This document shows, piece after piece, positions 29,654 to 39,258 of a stretch of 64,000 nt of DNA. Made by a program: the position numbers and the translations under genes. How positions within the stretch are numbered: the stretch's first letter is position 1; the number at the start of each line of letters is the position of its first letter. The stretch is taken from NCBI GenBank assembly GCA_041494645.1, contig JBGQBD010000001.1:5361-69360 (forward strand), read 5' to 3'. The notes beneath the pieces are model-generated. The model was given only the letters and a program-made list of their open reading frames with translations. It was not told the DNA's origin and searched no databases. This DNA is from Candidatus Limnocylindria bacterium. Lineage in GTDB: Bacteria > Chloroflexota > Limnocylindria > Limnocylindrales > CSP1-4.

Positions 29654-29704
29654 CGCACCGTGCCTCGATGTCGGCGCCTCGAGCGGCACTCCGAAGCCGG
29701 CGCC

Positions 29705-30994
29705 CTACATCGAGGCGCGGAGGATCGAGGCGATCTCGTCGTCGGTGAGCGGGATCGGGTTGGTCTTCATGCTGCTGCCGCGCGAGTCGGCGACGATGGC
29801 GGGGATAGACGGCTCGGTGATGCCGAAGCCGGAGAGCCGCGGGACGGCGAGTCGGGCACGCCACGAGTCCAGCAGCGCGACCAGAGCCGAGCGTGCCTCC
29901 CCGTCGGCGAGCGTGGCGCCACTGCCGGTGAGCACGCGCCCCATCTCCGCGTAGCGGGGAAGGGCCGCGCCCCCCGGATCTCGCGCTTCCAGGGCCGCGA
30001 TGTTGAGTCGCGTCGTCGCCAGGAGTGTCGACCCGCAGGCCACGCCATGAGGAATCGGGAACTGGGCGCCCAGTGGCGAGGCCAGGCCGTGGACGGCGCC
30101 CAGGCCGGCCTGGGCGAGGCAGATCCCCGAGCACAGGGCCGCGTATCCCATCCTCCCCCGCGCCACGGCGGCCACGCTTCCGGCGCCGTCGCCTCCCCGA
30201 CCCGCGACCGCCTCCTCATACCAGGCCACCAGGCCGTCGCGCACCGCCGCCAGGCCGGAGAGCGCCAGCGCATCGGTGAACGGATTCGCGCGCACCGAGA
30301 CGTGCGACTCCAGGAGCTGGGTCAGCGCGTCCATGCCGTTTCCCGCGATCAGGTCCGGCGGGCAACTCCCGAGCAGGTCCGGATCCAGGATCGCGACCTG
30401 CGCGACCAATGCCTCGTCGCGGAACGACTTCTTGAAACCGTCGGGGCCTCGCACACTGAGCACGGCGTTCTTGGTCGCTTCGCTACCGGTCCCGGCGGTC
30501 GTGGGGACGGCGACGAACGGCACCGCCGGTCCGCGGTACGGCAGCTCCGCCCCGATACCCTCGAGATGGTCCATGACCGAGGTGCCCGGGATCAGCAGCC
30601 CGGCTACGGCTTTGGCCGTGTCCAGCACGCTGCCTCCGCCGATGCCGACGACGACGTCGACCGGCGCGCTGCTGTCGCTCCCCGGGGCAGCGCGCCCGGC
30701 CGAGCCGGCCCGGACCCGAGCCACCATCTCGTCCACCAGCGCCGGCGAAGGCTCGCCCGAAACCCCTTCGACCGCGACCTCCACGCCTCTCGATTCGAGC
30801 GCGCCGCGCAGCCGGGCCCAGGCCGCCGACTCGGTGAAGCCCGGCCGGCGGACGACGATGAGCGCCCTGGTCCCGTAGCTCTGAACGACGTCCGGCAGCT
30901 CCCCAGATCTACCGGCCCCGAACAGGATTCTGGGCAGTCGCGCGATCGAGAACGAAGACCAGGCTCCCTCTTCGGGCAACGCAGACTCGGCCAT
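29705..30994 (-). CDS. Iron-containing (group III) alcohol dehydrogenase
   Basis: Has the GGGSVLDTAK motif, AVPTTAGTGSE, and a GVACG...H region of Fe-ADH. Confidence 0.8.
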   Translation of the reverse strand: MAESALPEEGAWSSFSIARLPRILFGAGRSGELPDVVQSYGTRALIVVRRPGFTESAAWARLRGALESRGVEVAVEGVSGEPSPALVDEMVARVRAGSAGRAAPGSDSSAPVDVVVGIGGGSVLDTAKAVAGLLIPGTSVMDHLEGIGAELPYRGPAVPFVAVPTTAGTGSEATKNAVLSVRGPDGFKKSFRDEALVAQVAILDPDLLGSCPPDLIAGNGMDALTQLLESHVSVRANPFTDALALSGLAAVRDGLVAWYEEAVAGRGGDGAGSVAAVARGRMGYAALCSGICLAQAGLGAVHGLASPLGAQFPIPHGVACGSTLLATTRLNIAALEARDPGGAALPRYAEMGRVLTGSGATLADGEARSALVALLDSWRARLAVPRLSGFGITEPSIPAIVADSRGSSMKTNPIPLTDDEIASILRASM

Positions 30995-31000
30995 CTCGGG

Positions 31001-31300
31001 CTATTCCACCTCCGGGAAGAGACCGTGGTAGCGGACGCCCTGGCGCGGCTCGACCATCCAGTCCGCCACCAGGTCCCGCCAGGCAAGGTAGTGGGCCGTC
31101 TCCTTGTGGGCCTTCGCCGAGGCTTCGTCGCGATAAGCCTCGTAGGCCACGAAGCGGGCCGGATCGTCGGCCGACTGCAGGATGTCGAAGCGCAGGTTGC
31201 CCGGCTCTCGAACGGACCCCTCGTGGTTGGCCCGGATCGAGTCGATGAAATCGGCCACGTGCTCGGGTTTGACGTGGACGTAAACGATGGTGACGTACAT
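31001..31300 (-). CDS. Antibiotic-biosynthesis-monooxygenase (ABM) family protein
   Basis: About 100 aa: MYVTIVYVHVKPEHVADFI...EPGNLRFDILQ...FVAYEAYRDEASAKAHKETAHY, a typical ABM ferredoxin-like pattern. Start is at the internal ATG. Confidence 0.6.
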   Translation of the reverse strand: MYVTIVYVHVKPEHVADFIDSIRANHEGSVREPGNLRFDILQSADDPARFVAYEAYRDEASAKAHKETAHYLAWRDLVADWMVEPRQGVRYHGLFPEVE

Positions 31301-31506
31301 GGCTCCTCCCGCCTGGCTGCCGCGTCGACCGCTGGGCCGGCTTGCCGGTGGCCCCAGCCGGCCTCCGCGCCGTCGCGCACATCGTCGAGTATGCGTCGAG
31401 ACGCCGCGTCCACGCAGCATCCACGCCGGGAATCGTCTGGCGCGGACAGCCATGATTGCCGACCTCTACCTGCCTTATGCCGCCTAGGCCTCCGGCGCTT
31501 CTCTAT

Positions 31507-32022
31507 CTAGCGCCGCGCCCGCTCTCCGGCCAGACTCAGCTCGAACCAGATCGCCCGCTCCGGGTCAACCAGGTTCTCGACGATGCGGCGAATCGATTCC
31601 CGGTACGCGGGCCATACGACCAGGTCGAGTGCCTCGGACGGCGAGGCCCAGCGCATGGCATCGTGCTCGTGAGAAAGGATCGGCTCCGCGGCATCGCGAA
31701 GCCGCACGGCAAAGACCACCGCGGTGACGACCGCACCCACGGTCGGCTCGTGGAACTGGTTGACCTGATCCAGGTCGTATAGACCGACGACCTGGTCCGG
31801 CCCGAAACCGGTCTCCTCCCGCAACTCGCGCAGTGCCCCCGACGGAATGGTTTCGCCCGGTTCCAGCCGTCCCGAGACGCACTGCCACAGGCCGGGCAGT
31901 ATCCGGCCGGGCGAGCGCCGGAGAAGCAGGATCTCGAAGTCTTGTCCGGACGCCGCCGACGGGCCGGACTTTCGGTCTCGAAACATCCAGACGTCGACGA
32001 TGTCCGGTCGGAAAGGGCTCAC
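31507..32022 (-). CDS. NUDIX hydrolase
   Basis: The Nudix box GRLEPGETIPSGALRELREETG is present. Confidence 0.7.
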   Translation of the reverse strand: MSPFRPDIVDVWMFRDRKSGPSAASGQDFEILLLRRSPGRILPGLWQCVSGRLEPGETIPSGALRELREETGFGPDQVVGLYDLDQVNQFHEPTVGAVVTAVVFAVRLRDAAEPILSHEHDAMRWASPSEALDLVVWPAYRESIRRIVENLVDPERAIWFELSLAGERARR

Positions 32023-32054
32023 GTGAACTCCTCGGGTCGAGCGCCGGCCGGGAG

Positions 32055-32384
32055 CTAGATCCGCTCGAACCGCTCGGTCGGCAGGACGAAGACCACGGCA
32101 CCGCCCACTTCAACTTCGAGCGGGTACGGCAGGAAGAACTCGCCCGGCTCCATGATCGGCGGGATCGGGCTTACCGTTTGGGTGCGGGCGTGGCAGTTGG
32201 CACGCACCAGGCCCACGACCTCCTCAACCTTGGCGTCGTCGACGCCGACCAGGATGGTGGCGTTGGACTGCTTGAGGAAGCCACCCGAGCTGTGCAGCCA
32301 GGTGGCTCGATACTCGTGGGCGAGCAGGGCGTCGATGAGGACGCGGGCGTCCTCGTTGTGAACCACCGCGACGATTAGCTTCAC
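32055..32384 (-). CDS. darA: PII-like cyclic-di-AMP receptor protein (DarA/PstA family)
   Basis: VKLIVAVVHNEDARVLIDALLAHEYRATWLHSSGGFLKQSNATILVGVDDAKVEEVVGLVRANCH...VSPI..PYPLEVEVGGAVVFVLP aligns along its whole length with B. subtilis DarA. The start is GTG. Confidence 0.75.
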   Translation of the reverse strand: MKLIVAVVHNEDARVLIDALLAHEYRATWLHSSGGFLKQSNATILVGVDDAKVEEVVGLVRANCHARTQTVSPIPPIMEPGEFFLPYPLEVEVGGAVVFVLPTERFERI

Positions 32385-32515
32385 GAGGCCGAGTATAGGC
32401 GGACGATCCTGCCTGGGGACCGCGAACCGGTGATTCTTCCAGGGTGACCTCACCGTCGCGGATGGGAGGGCGGGGCGTACAATCGGCCCGAGATCGTCAC
32501 GAGAAGGGATGAACT

Positions 32516-33550
32516 GTGTCGGGCGAACGACCGCTCCACGAACGGACGGATGGTCAGATGTTCGCGGCCGCCGCGGCCGCCGTCGCGCGTGGCGACGACC
32601 TGAACGACTCGCTGGCCGCGCTGCTCGGCCTTGCGACCGAGTACCTGGGAGGTAGCCTGGGGGCGACCTACATCCTCGACCTCGACCGCGACGCGCTCGA
32701 GCTGGTGGTCACGTCCGGTGTCGACGCCAAGACGGCCGAGGAGGCCGGTTCCATCAGGCCTGCCTCGGCAAGCCACGATCCGCTGGCCGACGTCACCCGA
32801 TCGCGCCATCCGATGGAGGTCGACGACGCGGGGCATGTCGGGATCCTGCGGGGAGCCGCCACGGCGCTGTTGCTGCCGCTGGTCGTCCGACGCGACGACA
32901 CCGAACTGGCGCTGGGCGTCATGGCCGTGGGTTTCGACGGGGCGCTTCCCGCGCACGACATCCTGGCCGGTGCGGAGCCGCTGGCGGACCTGGCGGCCGT
33001 AGCCGTGGAGCGGGCCCTGGCCCTGTCGTACGGCTCGGAGCGGGCGGAGTGGTTCGACCGGCTGGCTCACACCGATCCGCTGACGGGCCTGGCCAATCGA
33101 CGGACACTCGACAGGGTGCTCGAGCTGGAGGTGGCCCGGGCCGGAAGGCAGGGCCTGCCGCTGAGCGTCGCCCTGTTCGAGGTCGATCGCTTCGCCGAAA
33201 TCCTGAAGAAGGCCGGCAACGAAGTGGGCGACGAGGCGCTGCGGCGGGTGGCTCAGATCCTCGCCGAAACCGTCCGGCTCGTCGACACGATTGCTCGCTA
33301 TGGCGGGGACCAGTTCATCCTGGTGGCCGCGGGCGCGGATGGGCTGGTCGTCGTGGAACGGCTGGTCCGCAGCATCGCCGCGCTGCCTCCGGTCCATGGC
33401 AACGCCATCTCCGTCTCGGCGGGATTCGCCAGCTTCCCGCTGGACGGCCGCACGCCCGAGGAGCTGCTGGAGGTCGCGGAGCGGGCGATGAATTCGGCGC
33501 GCCTGGCGGGCGGCGGCAGAGTGGTCACGCAGGCGGCCACGACCGACTAG
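32516..33550 (+). CDS. GAF-domain diguanylate cyclase (GGDEF)
   Basis: N-terminal GAF-like region. The C-terminal region has DPLTGLANRR, the active-site RYGGDQF (GGDEF variant GGDQF), and an I-site region. Confidence 0.8.
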   Translation: MSGERPLHERTDGQMFAAAAAAVARGDDLNDSLAALLGLATEYLGGSLGATYILDLDRDALELVVTSGVDAKTAEEAGSIRPASASHDPLADVTRSRHPMEVDDAGHVGILRGAATALLLPLVVRRDDTELALGVMAVGFDGALPAHDILAGAEPLADLAAVAVERALALSYGSERAEWFDRLAHTDPLTGLANRRTLDRVLELEVARAGRQGLPLSVALFEVDRFAEILKKAGNEVGDEALRRVAQILAETVRLVDTIARYGGDQFILVAAGADGLVVVERLVRSIAALPPVHGNAISVSAGFASFPLDGRTPEELLEVAERAMNSARLAGGGRVVTQAATTD

Positions 33551-33628
33551 GAACGGCTGCCCGTCCAGCGAAGAAGCAGCCCCGCAGCCCGCGGCAAGCG
33601 ATGCTGAGGCGCGGCGCGGCCCCTCTGG

Positions 33629-34471
33629 TCAGAGCGAGATGGTGCCGCTCAGGATAGTCGGGCCCGTTGGCTCGGTCACCTTGGAGTTAGGTTCCCGACA
33701 GACGCTGATCCACATGCTCGTCGAGGTGGGGACGCTGTCCACCACCAGGGAGGCCTTGCCGTCGTCGCCGACGCTGACCGACCCGACCTTGATAACGGCC
33801 CCGCTGTCGCCGGTCAGCCAGACCATGTACGTCTCGTCGCCCGAAGGGACCGCGAGGTGATTCAGGCTGACGACGATGTTGCCGTTGGGCCGAAGGGCGG
33901 CGAAGCCACCCGCCCCTTTGCCTTCGTTGTCGGTGAGCTGCACCTTCACGGTGTCCGGCTGCATGAGGACGTTGAGGATCTTCGTCGTATTGCTCTGGTC
34001 CCGTCTGGCCTTGTCCAGATCGCCCTGGATCACGAACGAGTAGCCGGCCAGGGCAACGACCGCAACGGCCGCCGCAACTCGCGTGATCCAGGTCGAGGCC
34101 ACGCGGCGCCGCGAACGGCGAGCGGCATCCAGCGAGATGACCGCGGTCCGGGGAAGGCTGTCGGTCACGGCCGGCGTGGCGGTCGCCGCAGGCTCCAAGG
34201 ACCGAGGCTCGGTCGGCTTGCCGACGCGACGCCGCGCCTGGAGGTCCGCTCTGGCGGCGGCGATGATCGATCCGCGCAACCAGTCCGGCGGCTCGGCGGG
34301 CTCCGGAGTCACGGCCAGGTAGGGCAGAATGCCACCGAGTTCGGCAAGCTCGGGGTGCGGCTCGCCGCAGCGGTCCAGGTGGTCGCGCACGGCGGCCATC
34401 TCGTCGGGCTCCAGCGCGCCGAGCACGAAGCCCGAGGCAAGCTCGCGGACGTGGTCGCAGGTGATGGCCAT
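33629..34471 (-). CDS. Anti-sigma factor (zf-HC2 N-terminus, RskA-like C-terminal domain)
   Basis: Has an N-terminal CDHVRE..H..C..H zinc-finger anti-sigma motif, a central TM segment, and an extracytoplasmic domain. Its start overlaps the sigma stop. Confidence 0.7.
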   Translation of the reverse strand: MAITCDHVRELASGFVLGALEPDEMAAVRDHLDRCGEPHPELAELGGILPYLAVTPEPAEPPDWLRGSIIAAARADLQARRRVGKPTEPRSLEPAATATPAVTDSLPRTAVISLDAARRSRRRVASTWITRVAAAVAVVALAGYSFVIQGDLDKARRDQSNTTKILNVLMQPDTVKVQLTDNEGKGAGGFAALRPNGNIVVSLNHLAVPSGDETYMVWLTGDSGAVIKVGSVSVGDDGKASLVVDSVPTSTSMWISVCREPNSKVTEPTGPTILSGTISL

Positions 34472-34472
34472 G

Positions 34473-35150
34473 TCAGACCAGACCTTTCTTGCCGGCGGAC
34501 GGGATCGACGCCCCCGCGCCGAGCGTCGTGGCCTCGGCCCGGCCATCCATGCCGCCAACGAGCTGCTGGCGCAGGGCGACCAGCCCGAGCCGCATCCGGC
34601 TCTTGACGGTGCCCAGGGGAGCCTTCGTTTGGGCAGCGATCTCGCGCTGGGTCAAACCGTCGAAGTAGGCCAGCTCGACCACCTCGCGCTGAGCGGGCGG
34701 CAGTGCCAGCAACGCCTGGCGGACCTGCTCGGCATCGAGCCGGCCGGCCACTTCCGGCCAGATGTCGGGAAGCGTGAGCGCACTCGGAAGGGTGTCCTCC
34801 GATTCGTCGCCCAACCCAACGCCGGACCTCTGCCGTCGTACGGCGTCGATGGCTCGGTGGCGAACGATAGCCAGCAGCCAGCCTCGAACGCTGCCCTTGG
34901 GCTCGGCGTATCGAGCGGCATTGCGCCAGACTCCGAGGAAGGCGTCCTGCACGACGTCCTCGGCCAGCCCAGTCTCGGTGGTGATCCGCAGGGCGAGCGC
35001 ATACGCCATCGCGTGATAGCGATCGTACAGAGTCTCGAGTCCGCCTACATCCCCGGCGGCGACCTGCCGCATCAACTCGGCCTCCGAGTGCCATTCCGAC
35101 TGGCTGCCGGCCACGACCAGAGGCGGAAGCGACGCCACTGGGTGCCTCAC
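34473..35150 (-). CDS. ECF (sigma-70 group IV) RNA polymerase sigma factor
   Basis: Has region 2 (YDRYHAMAYALALRIT...DVVQDAFLGVWR) and region 4 (LPPAQREVVELAYFDGLTQREIA). The GTG start overlaps the tmk stop (GTGA). Confidence 0.8.
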   Translation of the reverse strand: MRHPVASLPPLVVAGSQSEWHSEAELMRQVAAGDVGGLETLYDRYHAMAYALALRITTETGLAEDVVQDAFLGVWRNAARYAEPKGSVRGWLLAIVRHRAIDAVRRQRSGVGLGDESEDTLPSALTLPDIWPEVAGRLDAEQVRQALLALPPAQREVVELAYFDGLTQREIAAQTKAPLGTVKSRMRLGLVALRQQLVGGMDGRAEATTLGAGASIPSAGKKGLV

Positions 35151-35884
35151 TTGTCCATTCGCAGAGAGGTGCGTTCCGGTTCACTCGAAGGCGTTCTCGA
35201 GCCTTCAGCGCCTTGCTCCTCGTTGCCTGGACGCACCACGTCCCGCTGGCCGATCCGCGGCAGGAGAGCATCGACGATCGCCGCCTCGATCGAATCGGTG
35301 GGCTCACGGCCGTCGACTACCAGGAAGCGCTTCGGTTCGGCCGCGGCCAGGGCCAGAAACCCGTCGCGGACGCGGCGGTGGAAGGATAAGTCGGCGTTCG
35401 ACTCGAAGCGGGTGATGTCCGGCCCGCCGAGCTTGCGGCGCAATCCCTCCTCAACGGGCAGGTCGATGAGTACGGTCATGTCGGGAGCGAGGTGGCCCAC
35501 GGCGAAGCGGGCCAGCTCGCGTAGCGCTTCGAGCGGCTGCCCGGCCCCGTAACCCTGGTAGGCGAGGGTCGAATCGCTGAAGCGATCGCAGATCACGATC
35601 TCTCCCCGGGCCAGGGCCGGTTCTATGACCTCGGCGGCGAGCTGCGCCCGAGCGGCGTTGAACAGCAGCGCATCCGCGGCTGGAACGGGAGACAGGCCGT
35701 GGAGCAGGATCCGGCGAACCTCCTCCCCGAGCAGCGTTCCACCGGGCTCGCGGGTTACGGTGCAGCGGTGCCCGGCCGCCGTCAGCCGAGCCGCGAGCCG
35801 CTGAGCCTGGGTAGACTTGCCTGAACCCTCAGGTCCTTCGAGGGTCAGAAAGAAGCCTCGTCGTTGGCCGCCGTCGAGGTGCAT
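35147..35884 (-). CDS. tmk: Thymidylate kinase
   Basis: Has the P-loop GPEGSGKST, DRF and LID regions. The C-terminal about 40 residues are an acidic/low-complexity tail. Confidence 0.85.
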   Translation of the reverse strand: MHLDGGQRRGFFLTLEGPEGSGKSTQAQRLAARLTAAGHRCTVTREPGGTLLGEEVRRILLHGLSPVPAADALLFNAARAQLAAEVIEPALARGEIVICDRFSDSTLAYQGYGAGQPLEALRELARFAVGHLAPDMTVLIDLPVEEGLRRKLGGPDITRFESNADLSFHRRVRDGFLALAAAEPKRFLVVDGREPTDSIEAAIVDALLPRIGQRDVVRPGNEEQGAEGSRTPSSEPERTSLRMDK

Positions 35885-36139
35885 TCGCCGAGTCTAGCCG
35901 AGCCGCGCCCGGGTGAGGGAGCGTGCGGCGGTCTGGCGCACGCCGCGCGGTCCCTGCCGTCGCCGCCGAAGCGTGGCGCCGCCCGCCCAGCGTGGCGCGC
36001 CGGCCACCTGACCGGCCCGGCAGTCCTGGCCTGCCCTGGGCCGTTTGGGCAGGTTCGCGAGCGAGCACACCAACTATCCTTGGCCCACGATTCGTTCACT
36101 CACGTGCGTGCGCAAGTTCTGGGACGAGGTAGGTAGCGG

Positions 36140-36982
36140 TTGGGCAAAGTAGGTATCGTCACCGCGTTCGCGGCCGAGGCCTCGCTCTGGCTGGCCGGGG
36201 CCGTCATCGTCGCCGGTGCCGCCGGCACTCGGTGGGACATGCCCGCGATGCCGGCGATCGATCTGGGCGGCCTGATCGCCCCGTCCTCCCCGGACGCAGG
36301 TCCCTCGCAGGGCGCGTCGGCCAGCCTCGCGGTCGAATCGCCGTCGGGCTCGCCTGCGGCGGCGACCGCTCTGGTGAGATACCTGGCCTCCACCGGCAGG
36401 CCGAACTTCCAGTACGCCGTGACGTTCACCGGGAGCTCGTCCTATCGCACTTCGAAAGGGACGACTCGGTATTCGCTCACAGGGGCCGGAGCCGGCGCAG
36501 GGAAAGACTGCTCGGAGAGCTCGACGAACTCCACGAACCGAACGTCCCACCAAATCGTCCTGGTCGGCCTGGAGCAATACGAGAAGGTGGGCAACGGCCC
36601 GTGGCAGCACAAGGTACGACTGCCGAGCGACACCTGCGAGGCAGTGGGGTCGTTCAGATACCAGTCTCTCGTGGACAAGGGTCTCGAGCTCAAGAACGGC
36701 GCTCAGCTGCACAGGCTCGAGGTGGCCGATTCGGCGCAGTTCAGTTCGTACTACGAAGGCCTCGAGGCCGAGGCCGACAGCCGCACGGCGTTCCAAGATA
36801 CCCTGGTAATCTGGGTCCACGACGATGGGACCCCCGCTGCCTTCCGCCTCGCACGCTCGTACGACCAGATCTTGAGCAGCACGCTGACGACCGTCACCTA
36901 CACCTACGACTACGTCGTCACCAAGCTGTCCGGCGTGGCGATCACGGCGCCGAAGATCCCGTCGCCAACCCCGACGCGCTGA
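36140..36982 (+). CDS. Hypothetical secreted/membrane-anchored protein
   Basis: Has an N-terminal hydrophobic segment and no recognisable domain. Its composition is normal relative to the antisense frames. Confidence 0.4.
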   Translation: MGKVGIVTAFAAEASLWLAGAVIVAGAAGTRWDMPAMPAIDLGGLIAPSSPDAGPSQGASASLAVESPSGSPAAATALVRYLASTGRPNFQYAVTFTGSSSYRTSKGTTRYSLTGAGAGAGKDCSESSTNSTNRTSHQIVLVGLEQYEKVGNGPWQHKVRLPSDTCEAVGSFRYQSLVDKGLELKNGAQLHRLEVADSAQFSSYYEGLEAEADSRTAFQDTLVIWVHDDGTPAAFRLARSYDQILSSTLTTVTYTYDYVVTKLSGVAITAPKIPSPTPTR

Positions 36983-37006
36983 GCCGCCCGGATTCCGGCG
37001 GTGGGC

Positions 37007-39238
37007 CTATGGGTACAGGCGCACCCGGCGGTACGGCTCCCGGCCGCGCGAGCGCGAGATGAGGTTGGCGCGTTCGGCCATCTGGTGCTGCAGGCGCCGG
37101 ATGTAGGCGTTCTGCGGCGACAGCTCGACCGGCTCGACCCGGCGTATGACCAGCCCGATCGCCTCTTCCGCCTCGCGCAGGGCGGCCTCGCGCGGGTCGA
37201 CCTCGAGCGAGAAGATCGAGGTCAGGCTGGCCTCCATCTGGACGATGGTGTTGCTCTTGAGGACGTAGATCGGCAACCCCCGCTCCTCCGCCTCGCGCAG
37301 CCCCGATGTCTTCTGGCGGTACTCGCTCTTGAGGGTCATGACCACGTCTGCCTCGTCCGGATCGCGGGCGATGATGACGGGCAGCTGCAGCTCCTTGATG
37401 GCCTGCTCCAGACGCTTGCGGCTTATGCCGTGGGGCAGGACCCGCAGGGTCGGCAGGATCGTGTCCGACTCGCGAACGCGCAGCACGGGTTGGCCGTCTT
37501 CCCCGTCCGCGGCTCCGTTCGCGGCTCGCAGCCGAACCGCGTCCGCCACGGCCTCGTCGTCCTCGGCCAGCTCGTCGGCCAGGTCCTCGCGCTCCTCGGC
37601 CGCTGATTCGGACGCGGCCGCGCCGGGCGTCTCTTCTTCTTCCTCGTCGACGCCCTCGGCGCGGTACTCGTTCAGGGCACGCGTTGCCTGCTGAGCCCAC
37701 GACCGCTGCCGCTCCAACTCCCGCAGCTCGCGCGCTCGCGGCTCGGGAACCGGCACCCCCCCGCGCTCGATCGGGCCGCGGTCGGCGATCTCTCCCACCC
37801 GGAACGGTGTGGCGCCGGGGCCATGACCGGGGCCCGTCGGGGGCGCCGCGAACCTTTCTCCGGGAATGGTCCGAGTACCACCGGAGCCGGCAGCTCCGCC
37901 AGGCCAGCCTTGATCGGGCGCTCCATCGCCCGCGCTTCCGCCGCCGGCCGCTTCCCCGCCACCGGTCCGCCGGGCACCTTCCCGGACCTCGCGCGCTCCG
38001 CGGAGCGGAGTCCGCCACCCGCCGCTCGAGCCGGGGCGGTATCCCGGCCGGGCCGGCGCCCGATCCGCTTCACGCCAATCCGCCGGGGCGTGGTAGGAAC
38101 CCGACCCGCGCCAGCCAGGCTCAGTCCGCCAGCCCGGGCCCGCCCCCACGAGCCCGGCGAAGCGGTCGCTGCCGAAGCGATCGCTGGTCATCGCCTCCCG
38201 CGGCGACGGCCTTGGCCGCGACTGGGAACGGTGGACGCCGCCATCGTCACGCCAGCGCAGCTCGGCGGAGATGGGGTCGCCACGAAGCATGGCATCCACG
38301 GTATCGGCCACGTCGGAGTGGACGAGGACCTTTTCGCGATCCTGGATCTCGACGATGACGTCGAACGTGGGCGGGGCCTTGCGCTCCAGGACGCTCTTCT
38401 GCGAGCGGCGGCGCCGCGCCTCTTCATCGCCGAGGGTTACGGTCTGGATGCCGCCGATCAGGTCGGTGAGCGTCGGGTTCAGCATCAGGTTGTCGAGGTT
38501 GTTGCCGTGGGCCGTGCCGATCAGCTGGACGCCGCGCTCGGCGATGGTTCGAGCGGCCTGGGCTTCGAGCTCGGTGCCGATCTCGTCGATCACGATGACC
38601 TCGGGCATGTGGTTCTCGACCGCCTCGATCATGACTTCGTGTTGGGCCGCGGGCGTTCGGACCTGCATCCGCCTGGCCCGGCCGATGGCCGGATGCGGGA
38701 TGTCGCCGTCGCCGGCGATCTCGTTGCTGGTGTCCACCACGACGACGCGCTTGGCGTGATCGTCCGCCAGGACGCGAGCGGCCTCGCGCAGCATCGTCGT
38801 CTTGCCGATCCCCGGCCGGCCCATGATCAGGATGGACCTACCGGACTCGACGTAGTCGTTGATGATCTCGATCGTCCCGTAGACGGCCCGCCCGATACGG
38901 CACGTCAGACCGACGATCTTGCCCGTGCGATTGCGAATGGCGCTGATGCGATGGAGCGTCCGCTCGATGCCGGCGCGGTTGTCCCCGCCGAAGGCGCCGA
39001 TGTGATCGACGACGTATTGCAGATCCGCCTCGCCGACCTCGCGCTCGAGCAGGGTTACCTCGGCGTCGGTGAAGCGGGCCTCGGGCCGCCGGCCAAGGTC
39101 CATCACGATCTCGATCAGCTGGGATGGATCGGGCAGGGCATGGACGGCCTGCAAGAGATCCGGCGGGAGGGCCCGGAGGAGCAGATCCAGGTCGTCGATC
39201 GACTCGCGTCGGCGGGGTGCCGCGCCCTGCTCAGCCAC
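37007..39238 (-). CDS. SpoIIIAA-like AAA ATPase fused to C-terminal R3H domain (Ycf45 family) with long disordered RG-rich/acidic insert
   Basis: Has an N-terminal SpoIIIAA-like region (LLRALPPDLL...IVMDLGRRPEARF), a Walker A GRPGIGKTT, and a Walker B VIVIDEIG. About 250 aa of Gly/Arg-rich then Glu/Asp-rich low complexity follow. The C-terminal R3H/Jag-like domain is LPVIIARDPDEADVVMTLKSEYRQKTSGLREAEERGLPIYVLKSNT. The GTG start at 39238 has a gcaggagaag RBS. Confidence 0.7.
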   Translation of the reverse strand: MAEQGAAPRRRESIDDLDLLLRALPPDLLQAVHALPDPSQLIEIVMDLGRRPEARFTDAEVTLLEREVGEADLQYVVDHIGAFGGDNRAGIERTLHRISAIRNRTGKIVGLTCRIGRAVYGTIEIINDYVESGRSILIMGRPGIGKTTMLREAARVLADDHAKRVVVVDTSNEIAGDGDIPHPAIGRARRMQVRTPAAQHEVMIEAVENHMPEVIVIDEIGTELEAQAARTIAERGVQLIGTAHGNNLDNLMLNPTLTDLIGGIQTVTLGDEEARRRRSQKSVLERKAPPTFDVIVEIQDREKVLVHSDVADTVDAMLRGDPISAELRWRDDGGVHRSQSRPRPSPREAMTSDRFGSDRFAGLVGAGPGWRTEPGWRGSGSYHAPADWREADRAPARPGYRPGSSGGWRTPLRGAREVREGARRTGGGEAAGGGSAGDGAPDQGWPGGAAGSGGTRTIPGERFAAPPTGPGHGPGATPFRVGEIADRGPIERGGVPVPEPRARELRELERQRSWAQQATRALNEYRAEGVDEEEEETPGAAASESAAEEREDLADELAEDDEAVADAVRLRAANGAADGEDGQPVLRVRESDTILPTLRVLPHGISRKRLEQAIKELQLPVIIARDPDEADVVMTLKSEYRQKTSGLREAEERGLPIYVLKSNTIVQMEASLTSIFSLEVDPREAALREAEEAIGLVIRRVEPVELSPQNAYIRRLQHQMAERANLISRSRGREPYRRVRLYP

Positions 39239-39258
39239 GTCTTCTCCTGCTCTGCAAG

